Below are positions 30,267-45,129 of a stretch of 64,000 nt of DNA, one piece after another. The stretch is from Eledone cirrhosa. Its lineage: Eukaryota. The notes below the pieces were generated by a model, which saw only the letters and a list, made by a program, of their open reading frames with translations, was not told where the DNA came from and searched no databases. Every line of letters starts with the position of its first letter. Positions within the stretch are counted from its first letter, which is position 1. The DNA lies in NCBI GenBank assembly GCA_964016885.1, contig OZ024743.1, positions 351,416,001 through 351,480,000 on the forward strand, read 5' to 3'. The translations under genes and the position numbers were made by a program.

Positions 30267-30731
30267 CATGGAACTCCTTTAACCATTTTCTGTTCTTATA
30301 TATTATATATATATATATATATTTAAAAACCCAATATGTTTAAAAGTCTGTTTTACAATCTGCCCATTAAATGTAAATGGCTTTTTTGTATTTCTGGATT
30401 AGATTGTTTTTTTCGTTCCTGCTAATTTTATACTTCTTTTATACTTCTTTGATTTTTATCTTATATTTATTATGTAATACTATTCTTACACATCATTCTA
30501 ATGAATGAAAACGAGATTATAAAAGAACTTACATTTAAAATTAATTAATTAAACTTCTAAATAGATATAATGTTGTAGTTCTATATTTGCAGCTGCTTTT
30601 GTTCAGCCTGTTCCTCACACCTACAACTGCAACTAGTAATCTAATATAACAATCATGCTTCCTCGTCCGCTACCATTGACCACGATCTACTGATTTCACT
30701 AATAGATCCACACTCTTTCTTGATATATATA

Positions 30732-31345
30732 TTAGATGGCTCGTCCGGATGGCGTCCGGGTAGGTATACCAGCATTTTATCTTTTCAGGAACCCCCCACA
30801 CACACTCCAGTGCAAAGATACCGCACGCCTTCTCAAGTCAGCAAGGGGGTGGGGGTTAACGTGGTCTGATGTTGGGTTTGAATAGTTTTTAGGATTCCAC
30901 AGTTCAGCAGCCAGTACGTTAAAGAAAATTGATAGTTACAATAATAAAGGCTGAACAGAGAACACATTTTTTAACAAACTTTACAATAATTTGTACAACC
31001 ATCATGGAAATTCCAAGTAAAAGAAAATACATAAATTACATTGTTAGAGCCTCTGAGTATACAATATTTTTTGTTCGGCCCTCCTGAGCAAAGATTAAGA
31101 GATTGTTTGGCGAGCTCACCCTAGAGCATCCTACATACAATTGACCATGGGAGAAGCATGGTTTTCCCAGATGAAGGCCAGCCACTTTTAGGGTTTGACC
31201 CTGAGCTTTGTTGATGGTAATCGCGAAGCTTAGTCTCTCTGTTGCTCTAGTAACATTTTCTCTTCTGGAAAATCTGATCTTGCAGCCAGGCTGGGACTTT
31301 TTGGGTGGCATATCGGCAGTAACAATGACGATAAGCCGTCTGTGC
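30732..31345 (-). mobile_element. Helitron 3' fragment (Pif1 helicase C-terminus)
   Basis: LSFAITINKAQGQTL..CFSHGQLYVGCSRV..TKNIVYSEAL*, then 3' hairpin ccggacgccatccgg and CTAA|T. Confidence 0.8.
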
Positions 31346-31746
31346 TTTCGTGAAATACATACGTTTGTTTATATTTTGTTTTTGTGTATGCAAAAATACC
31401 TGTACACGAATATATAACTATATATATATATATTAAAGTTTAAGCAAAGAATCGCTGATTTCACCCTTAACGGGATCTTCTGAAAAAAAATCAATCTTCT
31501 GAAACTAAAAACATCAATCAGTGAACGCAGAAGTAAATATTTCGAAAAACGTTGCAACCGAAGGAAAACAGGAAAACTATACTTTGGTTCATGAAGACGT
31601 TCCCTGGCAATGAACGGAAAAAAGCGAAGATAATACGTCAGCAATGAGAACAATATTTGCTCTAGGGTTCTTATATATTTGATATATATTTATCCTTATC
31701 GAGCCCTCTTTGGATTTTAGTTAGTTTTCACATTTATTATTATTAC

Positions 31747-31791
<45 letters not shown>

Positions 31792-32239
31792 TAATTAAAC
31801 TACCCGTCCTTTGGACGGTTCAAGTAGCTTTCGATGTAGCTCATTAAACTAAAGAAAGTAAATTTGAATACATAGAAGAAAATGGCGTAGACGGACGACC
31901 AGTTTGTAATAGCGATCGCATGTAAAGTGGACACGATATAACACAAACGAATGTAAAAATAAAGATTAATTTTAAAATGTATTTGAAGTACATGTAGCGG
32001 TAGAACGTTGGAAATGTACAGGCTATGTAAGTTAATAACTAAATTATGTGTCAGAAACGTAGTCTAATCAATGCGAAAAAATAGAATAATTCTAAGTCTT
32101 TGATGTATAAACCATCCTTTAGATAAATTTAAGCATAATATTGTAAAATTTCTGACATCAGTTAATGTATGAACATCAACATTGAAACGATAAATTATAC
32201 AATATCTTAAATGGGATTGAAATTTCATTTCTATTTTAT

Positions 32240-34576
32240 TTCATCCAATATGGCGGCTTGGCGCATTTTGGAGCTTGAAATTCACCGGTGCTCTCCAGCA
32301 GTTGTTAACTTGGATGTTCACTTAGAGAATGGTCAACGCGTTTATTTCACTGAGGAAACCGCATCGGCTGCTGCCGAACAGTCACCTGAGACGACGCTTA
32401 CAGCAATTTTTAAGCTATGTTCTGTCGATACATTTGCAGTTACCCTTTTTTACGTCGATGTACCTACCTACTTCACTTGGTCGAACAAAAAATGGCATCG
32501 GCGGTGACAAGATGAAAAAGTTGAGGATTGGGTAGGTGTCTTCAGAAGTAATGTCATCGGACGCGTGTACAATGTTCATCCGAAGCAACAAGAATGCTTT
32601 TTCCTGCGAATGTTGCTGCATCAAATCAAAGGGCCCAAGTCATTTGCTGACCTAAGACTTTTCGATGGCCACATATGTTCCAGTTACAGGGACGCATGCG
32701 TGAAGCGCGGGCTACTCGAGGATGATGCCCACCTGAGCGTGGCGTTGACAGAGGCTGCTGAATGTAAGATGCCTCGAGAAATGAGATGTCTGTTTTGCAT
32801 AATGCTATTGTTCTGTGGCATAGGTGAGCCCCTTAAGCTTTGGGAAACGCATAAGGACAACATGTCAGAGGATATCCTCCGTAGACTATGAGCAGAAGAT
32901 CCAGTGGCTGGCTTTGCTTTCAACGACGCGGTGTACAATGAGGCCCTCATTGACATGGACAACCATCTTAAAGCTCTTGGAGTTGGCGGTGTATCTGATT
33001 TCAGTTTGCCACAACCTCGAAACACTCACAGTGCTTTAGATGTGGAGTTCATGCGTGAGGTGAGTTAAATTACAACATCGACGATATGACACATCATGAA
33101 CCCAGACTTTTGCATGACAAGAGACGGGCATATGACAGAATTCTCTCCAGTGTCAATTCAAATGAGGGACAGCTATTTATTCTGGATGCTCCTGGCGGAA
33201 CAGGAAAAACTCTTCTCATCAACCTTTTGCTTGCGAAGCTATGAAAAGACAAGCGGGTTGCTTTAGTGGTTGCCTCCAGTGGTATTGCAGCGACACTGTT
33301 ACATGGCGGTCGTACGGCACACTCCGCATTCAAATTGTCTTTGGACATTGCAAATGTAGAATAGATCGTGGCGACCCTAAAGCACATCTTCTTTCTGAGT
33401 GCTGCCTGATCATATGGGGCGAGGCTACCCTGAGTCACAAGGCGGCCTTTGAGGCTCTGGATCGATCTCTCAAGGACTTGCGTCGGAATTCACGCGTCAT
33501 GGGTGGAGCGACAGTACTGCTGGCTGGCGATTTCTGACAGACTCTTCCTGTTATCACTAGAGGCACTAGAGCTGACGAAGTGAACGCATGCATGAAGTCG
33601 TTCTACGTATGGCAGTATGTTCACAAACTACATCTGACTACCAACATGAGAGTGCATGTGCATGGTAACGCAGACTCCATCGATTTCTCAAAACATCTAC
33701 TGGAAGTTGGTAATGGAACTACACCTGGAGTGGATGAAGAGCATATCCGTTTGCCTTTTGGAAACTTTGTGTCAAACATGAATAAATTATTGTCATCTGT
33801 ATTTCCAGACCTTGAATCACGATTCCATGATCACACCTGGCTGAAAGGGAGAGCTATTTTGGCACCACACAATGCCACTGTTGACGTGATGAACCAAAAA
33901 CTACTCGATCAGATTCCCAGAAATGAAGTCTCCTTCAAGTCGATTGACACCAATAAAAACGCGGACGACGCGGTCATCTACCCAATTGAATTCTTCAACA
34001 GTCAACTACCTCCAGGACTTCCTCCTCATGATCTGAAACTGAAGGTTGGTGTGCCAGTTATGCTGCTGAGAAACCTGGATGCACCGGAACTATGCAACGG
34101 AACGCGTTTAATCATCAAAAAAATAAGGACCCAAATTCTGGAGACAACCATTTTGAGCGGAGCCGCTGCTGGCGTGACCAGGTTAATTACCCCCTATGAG
34201 CCTTAGTCCCTCTGACGTCCCCTATGAATTTACGCGACGGCAGTTTCCCATAAAACTCTGCTTTGCAATGAGCATTAACAAAGTACCAGGACAATCGCTG
34301 CAAGTGGTTGGCCTAAATATAACACAGCAGGTATTTTCCCATGGTCAACTATACGTCGGATGCTCCCGCGTCGGCATTCCACACAATCTCTTCATTTGTG
34401 GTAACCCGAGCAACACCAGGAACGTTGTCTACAAAGAAGCCCTGCAATAACATCTTTGAACCCTACTCCACCCAACGTCTCTCTGTCAAACCACTCTCTT
34501 CACGTCGCCCCTCAACTTATTAACTTTATAAAAAGTGGACCCGAGTAGCCCCGAGTACAACCGGGCTCAGCTGCTA

Positions 34577-34577
<1 letters not shown>
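32240..34577 (+). pseudogene. Decayed autonomous-type Helitron, RepHel helicase half, with intact 3' terminus
   Basis: VHLENGQRVYF, DAPGGTGKT, GRTAHSAFKL, LLAGDF, LRNLDAPELCNGTRL, RRQFPIKLCFAMSINK, FSHGQLYV, with stops and frameshifts. Ends hairpin agccc..gggct, then CTAG|T at 34574-34577. Confidence 0.92.
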
Positions 34578-34657
<80 letters not shown>

Positions 34658-35465
34658 TTGAGAGGGCGTGTGGTATCTTTGAGGTATCTTAAAAGTTGGT
34701 TAAAAGCGAAGTCAATGCAGACAGGCAGCCAGACGGACAGATATTATAAGCGTACGACGTTATTGCTATGTATCTAATGCAGACAGCTAGACATACAGAG
34801 ACATATTATAAGGGCGCGACGTTATAGCTATGTATCTATCTAAAAAGACAAACTAAGAAAGATAGAGGAATGTCGTATAACTGGAAGTGTTGACATTTGA
34901 AAATTTTAAAGAAGTGAATATTTAAATAAACGATAAAATATCTTTAATCTTTTAAGGAAATTTAGAAGACAAAAATACCCTCACTTTCTTACTTGGAAAA
35001 AGTTACATCTTTGGTGCAAATTTGGTGCTTTTTGGTCCAGCTTTATAATATAGATGTGTATATATGCGTGTGTTAACACATACACATAAATGCATGCGGA
35101 CTTACACAAAAGCATGCGCACAAGCTCGTGCACATACACACATATACATATGCTGCGCACATACACACACACACACACACATATACATAGGCATATGCAA
35201 ATTCGATATATTATTACAATTAACACAAGGGCGGTGGATTGACAGAATCGGTAGAGCGTCGGACAACATTCTTAGCGGCATAGAGGTATGGCCCTTTGCG
35301 TTCTGAGTTCAAATCCCGCCGAAGTTAACTTTGCCTTTCATCTTTACGGGTCGATAAAATAAAGTACCAGTAATGCACTGGTGCCATTTTAATCGACTTT
35401 CCCTTTCCCCAAAAATTGTTGGCCTTCTGGCTAAAGCAGAAACCATTATTACAATTTATACACAC

Positions 35466-35550
<85 letters not shown>

Positions 35551-35710
35551 AGATAACATTTTCCCCTTTAATTCTCACTTGGTCTCATCGCAGAATCTAA
35601 GAGATAGATCTGAACAAAAGTATATCAGATATATTTGACATTTGCTAAGGAAGCCATAAAAGCTCAACTTTAGAGCAGAGAACCCTCATTATAATATACA
35701 TAAATATATA

Positions 35711-36345
35711 AATATTAAGATAAGCAGAACAAGTAAAATTCAATCAATTTTTTAAAATACATTAAAAAATATAATATAAATATTTACCTCTCCTAGTGGC
35801 CCTTACTGATCAGTTTCGCTTTGTAAAACCTCATAAATCCGATGGATTTATGATGGAAAACCAAAGCTCATCAGAGAAGCATTTTCCCTTCCTAGGGCTA
35901 AACGTCCCAGGAACGACAAAATATATAACCTCCTGCCAGCAAATAAAGGTCTGAAAGGTCGTAAAAGTGACCCGTATGTAAACTGGACCGAAGTAAAAGC
36001 GGGAAAATCAAAGACTTGCTGTCTACAATTACTACTAAAAAAAATAGCAGCTAAATAGAACAACAGAATTGTTCTCAACGGACGGAGAAAGAGATTGAAG
36101 TTAATATGTCCAGGGATACTAGGTACCCCCAGAAATACATAGGTTGTCTATGATTCAAGGTTGTTCAATGGTATTAATTTGATACACCAGAACTTTAATA
36201 TTAAGATAAGCAGAACAAGTAAAATTCAATCAATTTTTTAAAATACATTAAAAAATATAATATAAATATTTACCTCTCCTAGTGGCCCTTACTGATCAGT
36301 TTCGCATTGTAAAACCTCATAAATCCGATGGATTTATGATGGAAA
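35711..36345 (-). mobile_element. ORF-less 486-bp unit (1.3 tandem copies) with a long-stem-II hammerhead at 35799-35880
   Basis: 35711-35858 is repeated at 36197-36345. Motif: gcttct CTGATGA gctttg..tcataaatc catcg gatttatga..caaagc GAAA ctgatcag TA agggc. Confidence 0.72.
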
Positions 36346-36519
36346 TATATATATATGTGTATGTATGTGTGTGTGTGTGTATGAGTGTGTGCGTGTGTAT
36401 ATACACGCGCACAAACACACATTGCCACACGTATATGTGTATGTGTATATATATATATGTGTGTGTATGTGTGTGTGTGTATGTATGTGTGTGTTTATGT
36501 GTATGTGTTTGCCTTTTGC

Positions 36520-36550
<31 letters not shown>

Positions 36551-36644
36551 TATGGGGGGGGTGAGTGTGTGTGTGTGTGCGTGTGTGTGTATGTGTGTGT
36601 GTGCTTGTGTATGTAGTTTTCTTTCGTTCCCGTTCGAAAAACCA

Positions 36645-36751
<107 letters not shown>

Positions 36752-36949
36752 TGTGTGTGTGTGTGTGTGCGTGTGTGTCTGCATGTATGTGTAAAAATGG
36801 AACGGAACTTATCGAATAGAATGGACACAGCTTCGGTCGTTTCCTCATTCGCTCAATAATTTAATTAAGTCCATATTATTAAAATTCTGACCTAACAGCT
36901 TAGTGTACTCTTATACGTTAATCAGTGAGGAAGACGACTTCCTGTGGGA

Positions 36950-37070
36950 CCGATGTACCAGTTTCTACGATTACGATCTACCGGCGGTGGTCTAAATGGA
37001 GCCACCGTATGCAGAAATTAGGTAATGTTAGGATACATTACGTAATTTGCAGGACCGCATCATCAGCAGG
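36950..37070 (-). ncRNA. Type I hammerhead motif with branched stem II
   Basis: cctg CTGATGA tgcggt [two internal hairpins] atcgta GAAA ctgg TA catcgg. Stem I is weak. Confidence 0.6.
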
Positions 37071-37326
37071 ATTTTGCCGTCCTGGAATGGGAAATTCCGT
37101 ATAGCTAGCTAGTACACTATGTTGATAAGACACAAGTGATATAGTAGTAACCCTCAACTTTCAGTGACGCGTAACATTGCATCAAAGAGAAGGTAAGCCA
37201 GACATGGCCCTTTACAAAGAACACACGGTGGCGTTGATAAAAATTGAAAAGAAATTACCATGCCAGTAGCACTCTATCAAGGTGCTTTCATAAAGAAATT
37301 GAAGACAGAGTTACAAACAATAAAGA

Positions 37327-37457
<131 letters not shown>

Positions 37458-37529
37458 TATTGAAGTTTCCGTTGAAAATTGAAAAAGTCATAGTGAAGGG
37501 TGCTCTATGTAAGTTACAGAGCTAAATTT

Positions 37530-37667
37530 AATGTATAATAAACAATACAATATAATTACCTCATTATTGCCTAGTCTGATGAACGAATGCGGACGTTTCT
37601 TGTCTTCGTCTTATTCGGGAAACCTCTGGTAATGAGGTAATTATATTGTATTGTTTATTATACATTA
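37530..37667. repeat. 37-bp inverted repeat enclosing a hammerhead motif (37572-37637 plus)
   Basis: Arms aatgtataataaacaatacaatataattacctcatta and its reverse complement. Motif: CTGATGA acgaat..attcgg GAAA cctctgg TA atgag. Confidence 0.6.
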
Positions 37668-37689
37668 TATATATATATAAAACTGATGT

Positions 37690-37812
<123 letters not shown>

Positions 37813-37859
37813 CCTCATTTTTGCAAAGTCTATACAAATCCACATTTCTACTCCGATTG

Positions 37860-38930
37860 ACTTCAAACTTGCATTTATATATTCCTTGCCGTCTAAAGAT
37901 ATTAACTGCAGCTTTTATTTTTTAATTTTCTGTTTTTAAAGGGGTGTTAGGTGCCGGTTATCCATCTCCGTCGCGCTCTTATAATATCTATCTGTATGCC
38001 TAGCTGTCTGCATTACGACATTCTGACGAACATTGATGACGTATTATGTTCGCTATTATCCGTTCATTGCCAGGGAACGTCTTCACGAACCAAAGTATCG
38101 TCTTCCTGTTTTCCTTCGGCTGCAACGTTTTTCGAAATATTTACTTCTGCGTTCACTGATTGATGTTTTTAGTTTCAGAAGATCCCGTTAAGGGTGAAAG
38201 CAACGATTCTTTGCTTAAACTTTAATCTGTTATTTTAACCTATATATGTATATATATATATATATATAACTGAGGAAGGATGTATGTATGTATGTATGTA
38301 TGTATGTATGTATGTATGTATGTATGTATGTATGTATGTATGTATGTATGTATGTATGTGTGTGTGGGGGGGGGTGAAACCCGAGAAGTACCCAACCGAT
38401 CTTTTTCAAACTTTACATGTGTATTACTTATATTTCAGGGAGTGTAATGCACATAAAAAAATTCAACGTGTTGGTCTCCTAGGGCTCGCATTAGGTGAAA
38501 ACTGCGTTTTTTCCAGCTTTTTAGCGTTTTTTTCAGGCGTTACGTCGGACCGATTTCCTTGAAATTGTAACTATGTATTAGTCAGTCTCTTCTTCATACC
38601 GTGAGCAAAGAAAATCCAACTTTTTTATGGCCTAGAGCCCGCATTAGGTGAAAAACTTTTTATGACTTTTTTTAGACGTTACGTCTAGCCGATTTTACCG
38701 AAATTTCAAGGCATATTATGCACATAAAAAAAATTCATTTTCTTGATCCCCTAGGTGAAAACAGCCTTTTTTCTGCTTCATCGAGGAAAATCTTAGATTA
38801 TCTAGCCATCAGAGTATTCGATTTATTTTCTTTACATATTGTCCAGGCATGCAGTTTTTCCACGATTATGCCTGTTGGCGGCCTGCGTTCCAAAATACCT
38901 TATCCCGTGCAACACCGGATACCACTGATA

Positions 38931-38931
<1 letters not shown>
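37860..38931 (+). mobile_element. Composite of PLE pseudo-LTR and near-complete non-autonomous Helitron
   Basis: pLTR ~38035-38238. The Helitron has (TGTA)n near its 5' end, internal gcattaggtgaaaa repeats, and a 3' hairpin followed by ATAG|T (CTAG in the paralog at 7175). Confidence 0.75.
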
Positions 38932-38982
<51 letters not shown>

Positions 38983-40054
38983 ATATATACACACTATATA
39001 TGTGTGTATGTATATCTATCTCTCTCTATATATATATATACATATATATAAGAGAAAAAACGACGAAGTATCATTTACATATAAAATATATTTATTGTGT
39101 ATCGACCTGTTACTGAACCACTTATACTATATATATGAGCGTGTTGTGTATGTGTGTATGTATATATATATATGTATATATATATGTATGTATGTGTAAA
39201 TATATATATATATAGAGAGAGAGAGAGATTACAGTAATCAAAGTTCAGTTTAAGTCATTTATTTGCTTACAATTGTTTCCTCCAAACCGAGGTTTGGATT
39301 CTTCGGAGCAGTTATTTATAACATACTTGACCTCCTTTTCAACCCAAGAGACACATAAAACATATGCGCATATTGATCAACAGTGGGGTGACATTCATAT
39401 ATATATATATATATATATATATAACCAAAGATTAGTATGGTTCGTTGATTACTCAATGAATACAACTTTACAATATATTAGAAGCACTCAACAAAAAGGT
39501 TTCCTGGAGTTTTTAATATTATTCAAAATATTAACAAATGAAAAATATTCTCATAATCAAAATATATACTTTATTATATATATTTCAAAGGTACTGTGTT
39601 GTATTTTCAGTACGTCCTCACCAAACAAAATATATGATTTGATACATGACATATCGCTACGGTCTTGATTATTCAATTCCAGTATTGGTAGTGATTTATT
39701 TCATCAAATCTCAATGTTTATATACCACAAATAATATGATAAACTTAAAGAAGAAAAGGACGTAGAGCAAATTAGAGATATGAGAGAGGGTGTAAAGAAG
39801 AGGAAAGGCAAGAAAAATAAATAAATACATACATAAATAGATAAATGAATAAATAATAAATGGATGAATAAGTAAAAGAAATATATATAAAAAAGAAAAG
39901 AGGAATAACGACAAAAGAGGGAATGTGTGGGGAAAGTAAAGGGAACAGAGGGGGGTAAAGCTTATATAGGCGACCTTGAGCTAAACACCTGCGAAACGCG
40001 TGTAACAGGTCAATACTAAATAAAAACATCTAAACGAAGATTCAGTTTGTATTT

Positions 40055-40605
<551 letters not shown>

Positions 40606-40650
40606 ATATATCAACTCATGTGTTACTTTTCTACATTCCATATATATATA

Positions 40651-40712
<62 letters not shown>

Positions 40713-41149
40713 AGTTTTTAGAATATTAATAATTGTTTCTACTTTAGGCACAAGGCCAGCGATTACCCAGTGCATTACTGGTACTTTATTTTATCGACCC
40801 CGATGAAAGGCAAAGTCAACCTCGGTGGGATTTGAACTCAGATCGTAAAAGAACGTAACTATGCTGGAAAGCATGAATAATAACATTTGATTCGTTTGCA
40901 ATTAACAAACAAGCCTCAATTTTATAGCCAGAAATATTAGTGTCTGCAGTTCTGTTCACATGCCAACACAAGAGCAAGAATGAAGGGTTCATTCTACTGA
41001 TATGGTTATAAAATTGAGGGTTGTTTGTTAATTGCAAACGAATCGAATGTTATTATTAATATTCGAAAAATTCAGATTACATTTATTGTATTCAGCCATG
41101 TAGAGCGAAAATTTTATTTTGTATATATATATAATTATATATATATATG

Positions 41150-41271
<122 letters not shown>

Positions 41272-41404
41272 TATATATATATATATATATAAGTTGGAAT
41301 AGGATGAAACGAAATTTCATTTCTCACTCTTAGTACGGCACTTACTTAAATGTAAGTATGTATGTATACGTACATACATATATGTATACAGACGTACAGT
41401 AGCA

Positions 41405-41452
<48 letters not shown>

Positions 41453-41734
41453 CAGGTACACATATATATATGTACGTATCAGTTTAGCGGACGTTTATCA
41501 TAACGCTCGCTTTGTCCGTTTGTAAACAAACGGACAGCCTGATTTTATGCCGTACGGTGTTAAGGCAACCACGTCACCTTTTGGTTCAACACTGACACAG
41601 GAACGATGTACTAGTTTCAAGCTTGTTAGCTATCGTCAGCACCGTATACCCTTCTGCCAGATGGTTGAACGTTCGAAAGTATATACTTTCCTTATGAAAA
41701 TTAACGGCTGAGCAGCCTAATTTGCATATCGAGT

Positions 41735-43540
41735 CAACACATAAATCAAACTCAATCCCCAAGTGTCCTTTTCATTTTCGAAAAAAAACAAAGTCACTGT
41801 CTCCACTGTTGGCCCTCTGATTGATGAGAAACGATACTGCTTTATTTTAAGCAATCCTGATATGGCTTATCTAGGCTGTATCAGTGATGTTAATCCCAAA
41901 AACACTATATCTGACATAATGTTTGGTGCCCCAGATGTCTTAGCGGCAATAAACGAAATTAAATATAACTCAGCAATAGGCTTCGATAGGTTCCCTGCTT
42001 GTGTCCTCATGGTGTGTTGATATCAACTTGCGTCTCCTCTAGCTAATCTGCGGAGGAATTCACTGAACCCTGGCTATATACCTGAAAACCTTCTGTCCCA
42101 GTCTGTTGTCCCATATTTCAAAATGGGATACAAGTCCCTTGCAGTGAATTGCCATCCGATCTCACTCACCTCTCATATCATTAAGGTGTTTGACAGGGTG
42201 GTGAGATCATGAATAACTCACTTTCTTGAAAGCAACAAACTGCTTGAACTCCAACCATCATAGATTCCCGTAATGGCATTGACTGCCTAACGCAGCTTCT
42301 GCATCACTTTGATGACATTTTAAGAGCTTCTGGAGCGTACCGCAGCACTGATGTTATATCCCTTGATTTCAGCAACGCCTTTGACAGGGTTGATCACAGC
42401 ATCCTACAGAAAAGAAAAATATCCAACATTGGTGTCTCTTGAAATTTACTGCAATGGATTAAGTGTTTCCTGAAAAACAGCCTAACATGTTGTAGTCGAA
42501 CGAATACAATTAAGCACTGCCTAAGTCAATAATGGCGTCCAACAAGTGACTGTTTTGAGCCCACTTCTCTTCATTATTTATATCAATGACTTTATCATCG
42601 TCAAGCACAGCAACATAAGAATCTTTTCAGATGATTCCAAACTCCAGAAGTTCATCAATGGCCGGACATTCCTTCAATTAGATCTAGTTGCAGTTATCCA
42701 TTGGGCCGAAAAAAACAATATGCTACTGAACGAGGATAGAGTCGAACTAATCCACTTTGGAAAAGAGGAAGCACTGAAACTATCATATCCTCTTCCCTCG
42801 TGGCATCCAACATTAGAGACCTGGAAATAATTGTTGATAACAACATAAGCTGGACCATGCATATAAACAAGAAACTTGGCATGTTCTTGGATTCTCAGTA
42901 TGTTCCAGTAGAGATATATCTGCACCATTATCCTTCTCTTCTCTACATTTGCCTGGTCCCACCTTGAATACTATTGTCCACTGTGGTATCTCGTCATTAA
43001 ACAAAGTATTATGAAAATTGAAGATCAATCACAAAAATCATAGACGGCTTGACAGGCCTTGTCTATTGAAGTCGACTAGAAAAGCTCAACCTCTACACTC
43101 TCCAACACCGCCGTGAGCGCTTCATTATTTGCTTGATGTGGGAAATATTCTATCAGCATTTCCCAAATGATGTTGGCATCATCTTTCAAATAGACCTAAG
43201 GGCTGGGCCCCGTGCTAGCCGCCCACAACAAAGATGAAACTCGCATCTCATAACAACATTACGGCACAATTATTTCACCTCAACCTGTCCCGCTCTCTTT
43301 AACATTACACCAAAACACATAAAAATAGAAACAGATCCCATAAAATTCAAAAGGTCTTTGGACAAATTCCCCCCAGGAAATTCTGGATAAGCCTCCTACA
43401 CCCGGATATGTCACCGAAAACAATAACTCTCTACTTGAGTGGGCCATGGTGTCCAAATCATGATTTAAAATACTTCGCCAGGTGGTGCTATTATGATAGA
43501 CATGGCCTGGGCCAATACTGACCAAAACCTATAAAAATTA
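41735..43540 (+). pseudogene. Decayed CR1-group LINE reverse transcriptase
   Basis: HPISLTSHIIKVFDRVV, LDFSNAFDRVDH, TVLSPLLFIIYIND, FSDDSKL, PHLEYYCPLW, with many stops and frameshifts. Confidence 0.8.
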
Positions 43541-44526
43541 TCAAAGTATATAAATATATACATATATTATATATATGTATATATATACATATATATATAT
43601 ATATGTGTGTGTGCGTGTGTGTCTGTGCGTGTATGTGTGTGTGTGTATGTGTATCATATATATGTGATAAGAACCAAATTGCCTGGCCCACACTAAACAA
43701 CATAAATAAAATACATTAATGTATGCGGTATGTGTGTCGGTATGTATTCTGTATATATGTATGTATATATGTTTATATTTATGTATATATGTATGTACGC
43801 GTGCCTTTAACTTAGATCCAGGGGAAATTCAGCGTGGCATAGTGTGCAAGCAGGGTGGCTCTTTGATTTACAAGTAAAACTCATATTTGCCAGCTGAAAA
43901 GACTAGAACAATGTGAAATAAAGTCTTGCTCAAAGACACAACGAGCTGCCAGAAATCTAACTTACGAGATTACGCTCGTGAGTCGAGATAAACAATCACA
44001 CCGATGAAGAGTCATTTTAACCATTTCAGAACAGCGAACCTTTAATTTATTTCTTTACAGTATTGTCTACTATGAAGTGTCAAAACATTTCATTGAACTT
44101 CTACAACCTGGTCACTAACATACTTTTACTGTTGAAAGTCGCTTCCTGGCCAGATTTTCAAAGCCTCTTAACGTTTCTATTTTCATTTTTCTCCTAATTA
44201 CATTTCCCTTTAAGCTAACGTTTTTTTACATGTCAGTTTAATATATAAAGTATTTTTTTGTTTTTGTTCTTTTTGTGTACTTTACAATGTCTTTAAAAAT
44301 TAGTTAAACTCAGTTGCGGAAAATTTAGCAACAGTAACAGAAAATTCTTTATCCCTTTTTGGGTTTGATCTTTCATATCATTTTTCTTTCAAAGATAGAT
44401 TGTTATCAGCATAGACCTTAATACATAAATAATAACAACACTGAATAAAATTAAGATGTTTGTAGTCATTGCCAAAAGTAGAAACAATTATATTTCTGAT
44501 GACTTCTTTATTGGCTCGAGGTATCT

Positions 44527-44640
44527 TTACAAAAGATGGCTTTCTCCTTCTTCACCAGGCTTCATTATATCTAAATTTAAATCAACTCTTGACTTTGCTG
44601 GACACCACTCTGGGGTCGGTTTTATACTTTTCTTTAGTCT
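44527..44640 (-). CDS. SLC6 transporter, terminal coding exon
   Basis: tttgttgcag| RLKKSIKPTPEWCPAKSRVDLNLDIMKPGEEGESHLL*. Phase 0 fits the preceding exon and the sequence resembles the RL..P.PxWGP motif of SLC6 amino-acid transporters. AATAAA at 44507-44512 and 44046-44051. Confidence 0.8.
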   Translation of the reverse strand, partial: RLKKSIKPTPEWCPAKSRVDLNLDIMKPGEEGESHLL

Positions 44641-45010
44641 CTGCAACAAACAAAATCAAATACACTATTTTATTCCATTACCATTAACACAGTAAAGCGA
44701 AATCAGAGTCGATCTGCCTGCTACCGAAATATAACGAAACTGCTTATGGATCAGAGCTTGTCATTTGTAAAATACAGGTAATGCGTGATTACGAATAAAG
44801 TAGGTTGAATTGAAACTTCGATCGCTCTTAAGATAAAAACCTTGCAGTTTACACCAACAACACGTTTACACCAACAACAAGTGGATGTTGTAATTAATCT
44901 CCACGTTAAACACTGAATATCCGATTCACGTATTGAGATCTGTAATAATTAGCATTAATTATCAGTTGCACTGGGTAATTGCCTAAAGTAGAAACAATTA
45001 ATTAACAGTT

Positions 45011-45116
<106 letters not shown>

Positions 45117-45129
45117 GGGGGCCGGCCAG

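Noticed and set aside
30527-30720. Unique stretch ending in a minus-strand gtaagt, possible non-coding first exon
   Set aside because: A single donor-like hexamer is not enough evidence without transcript data.
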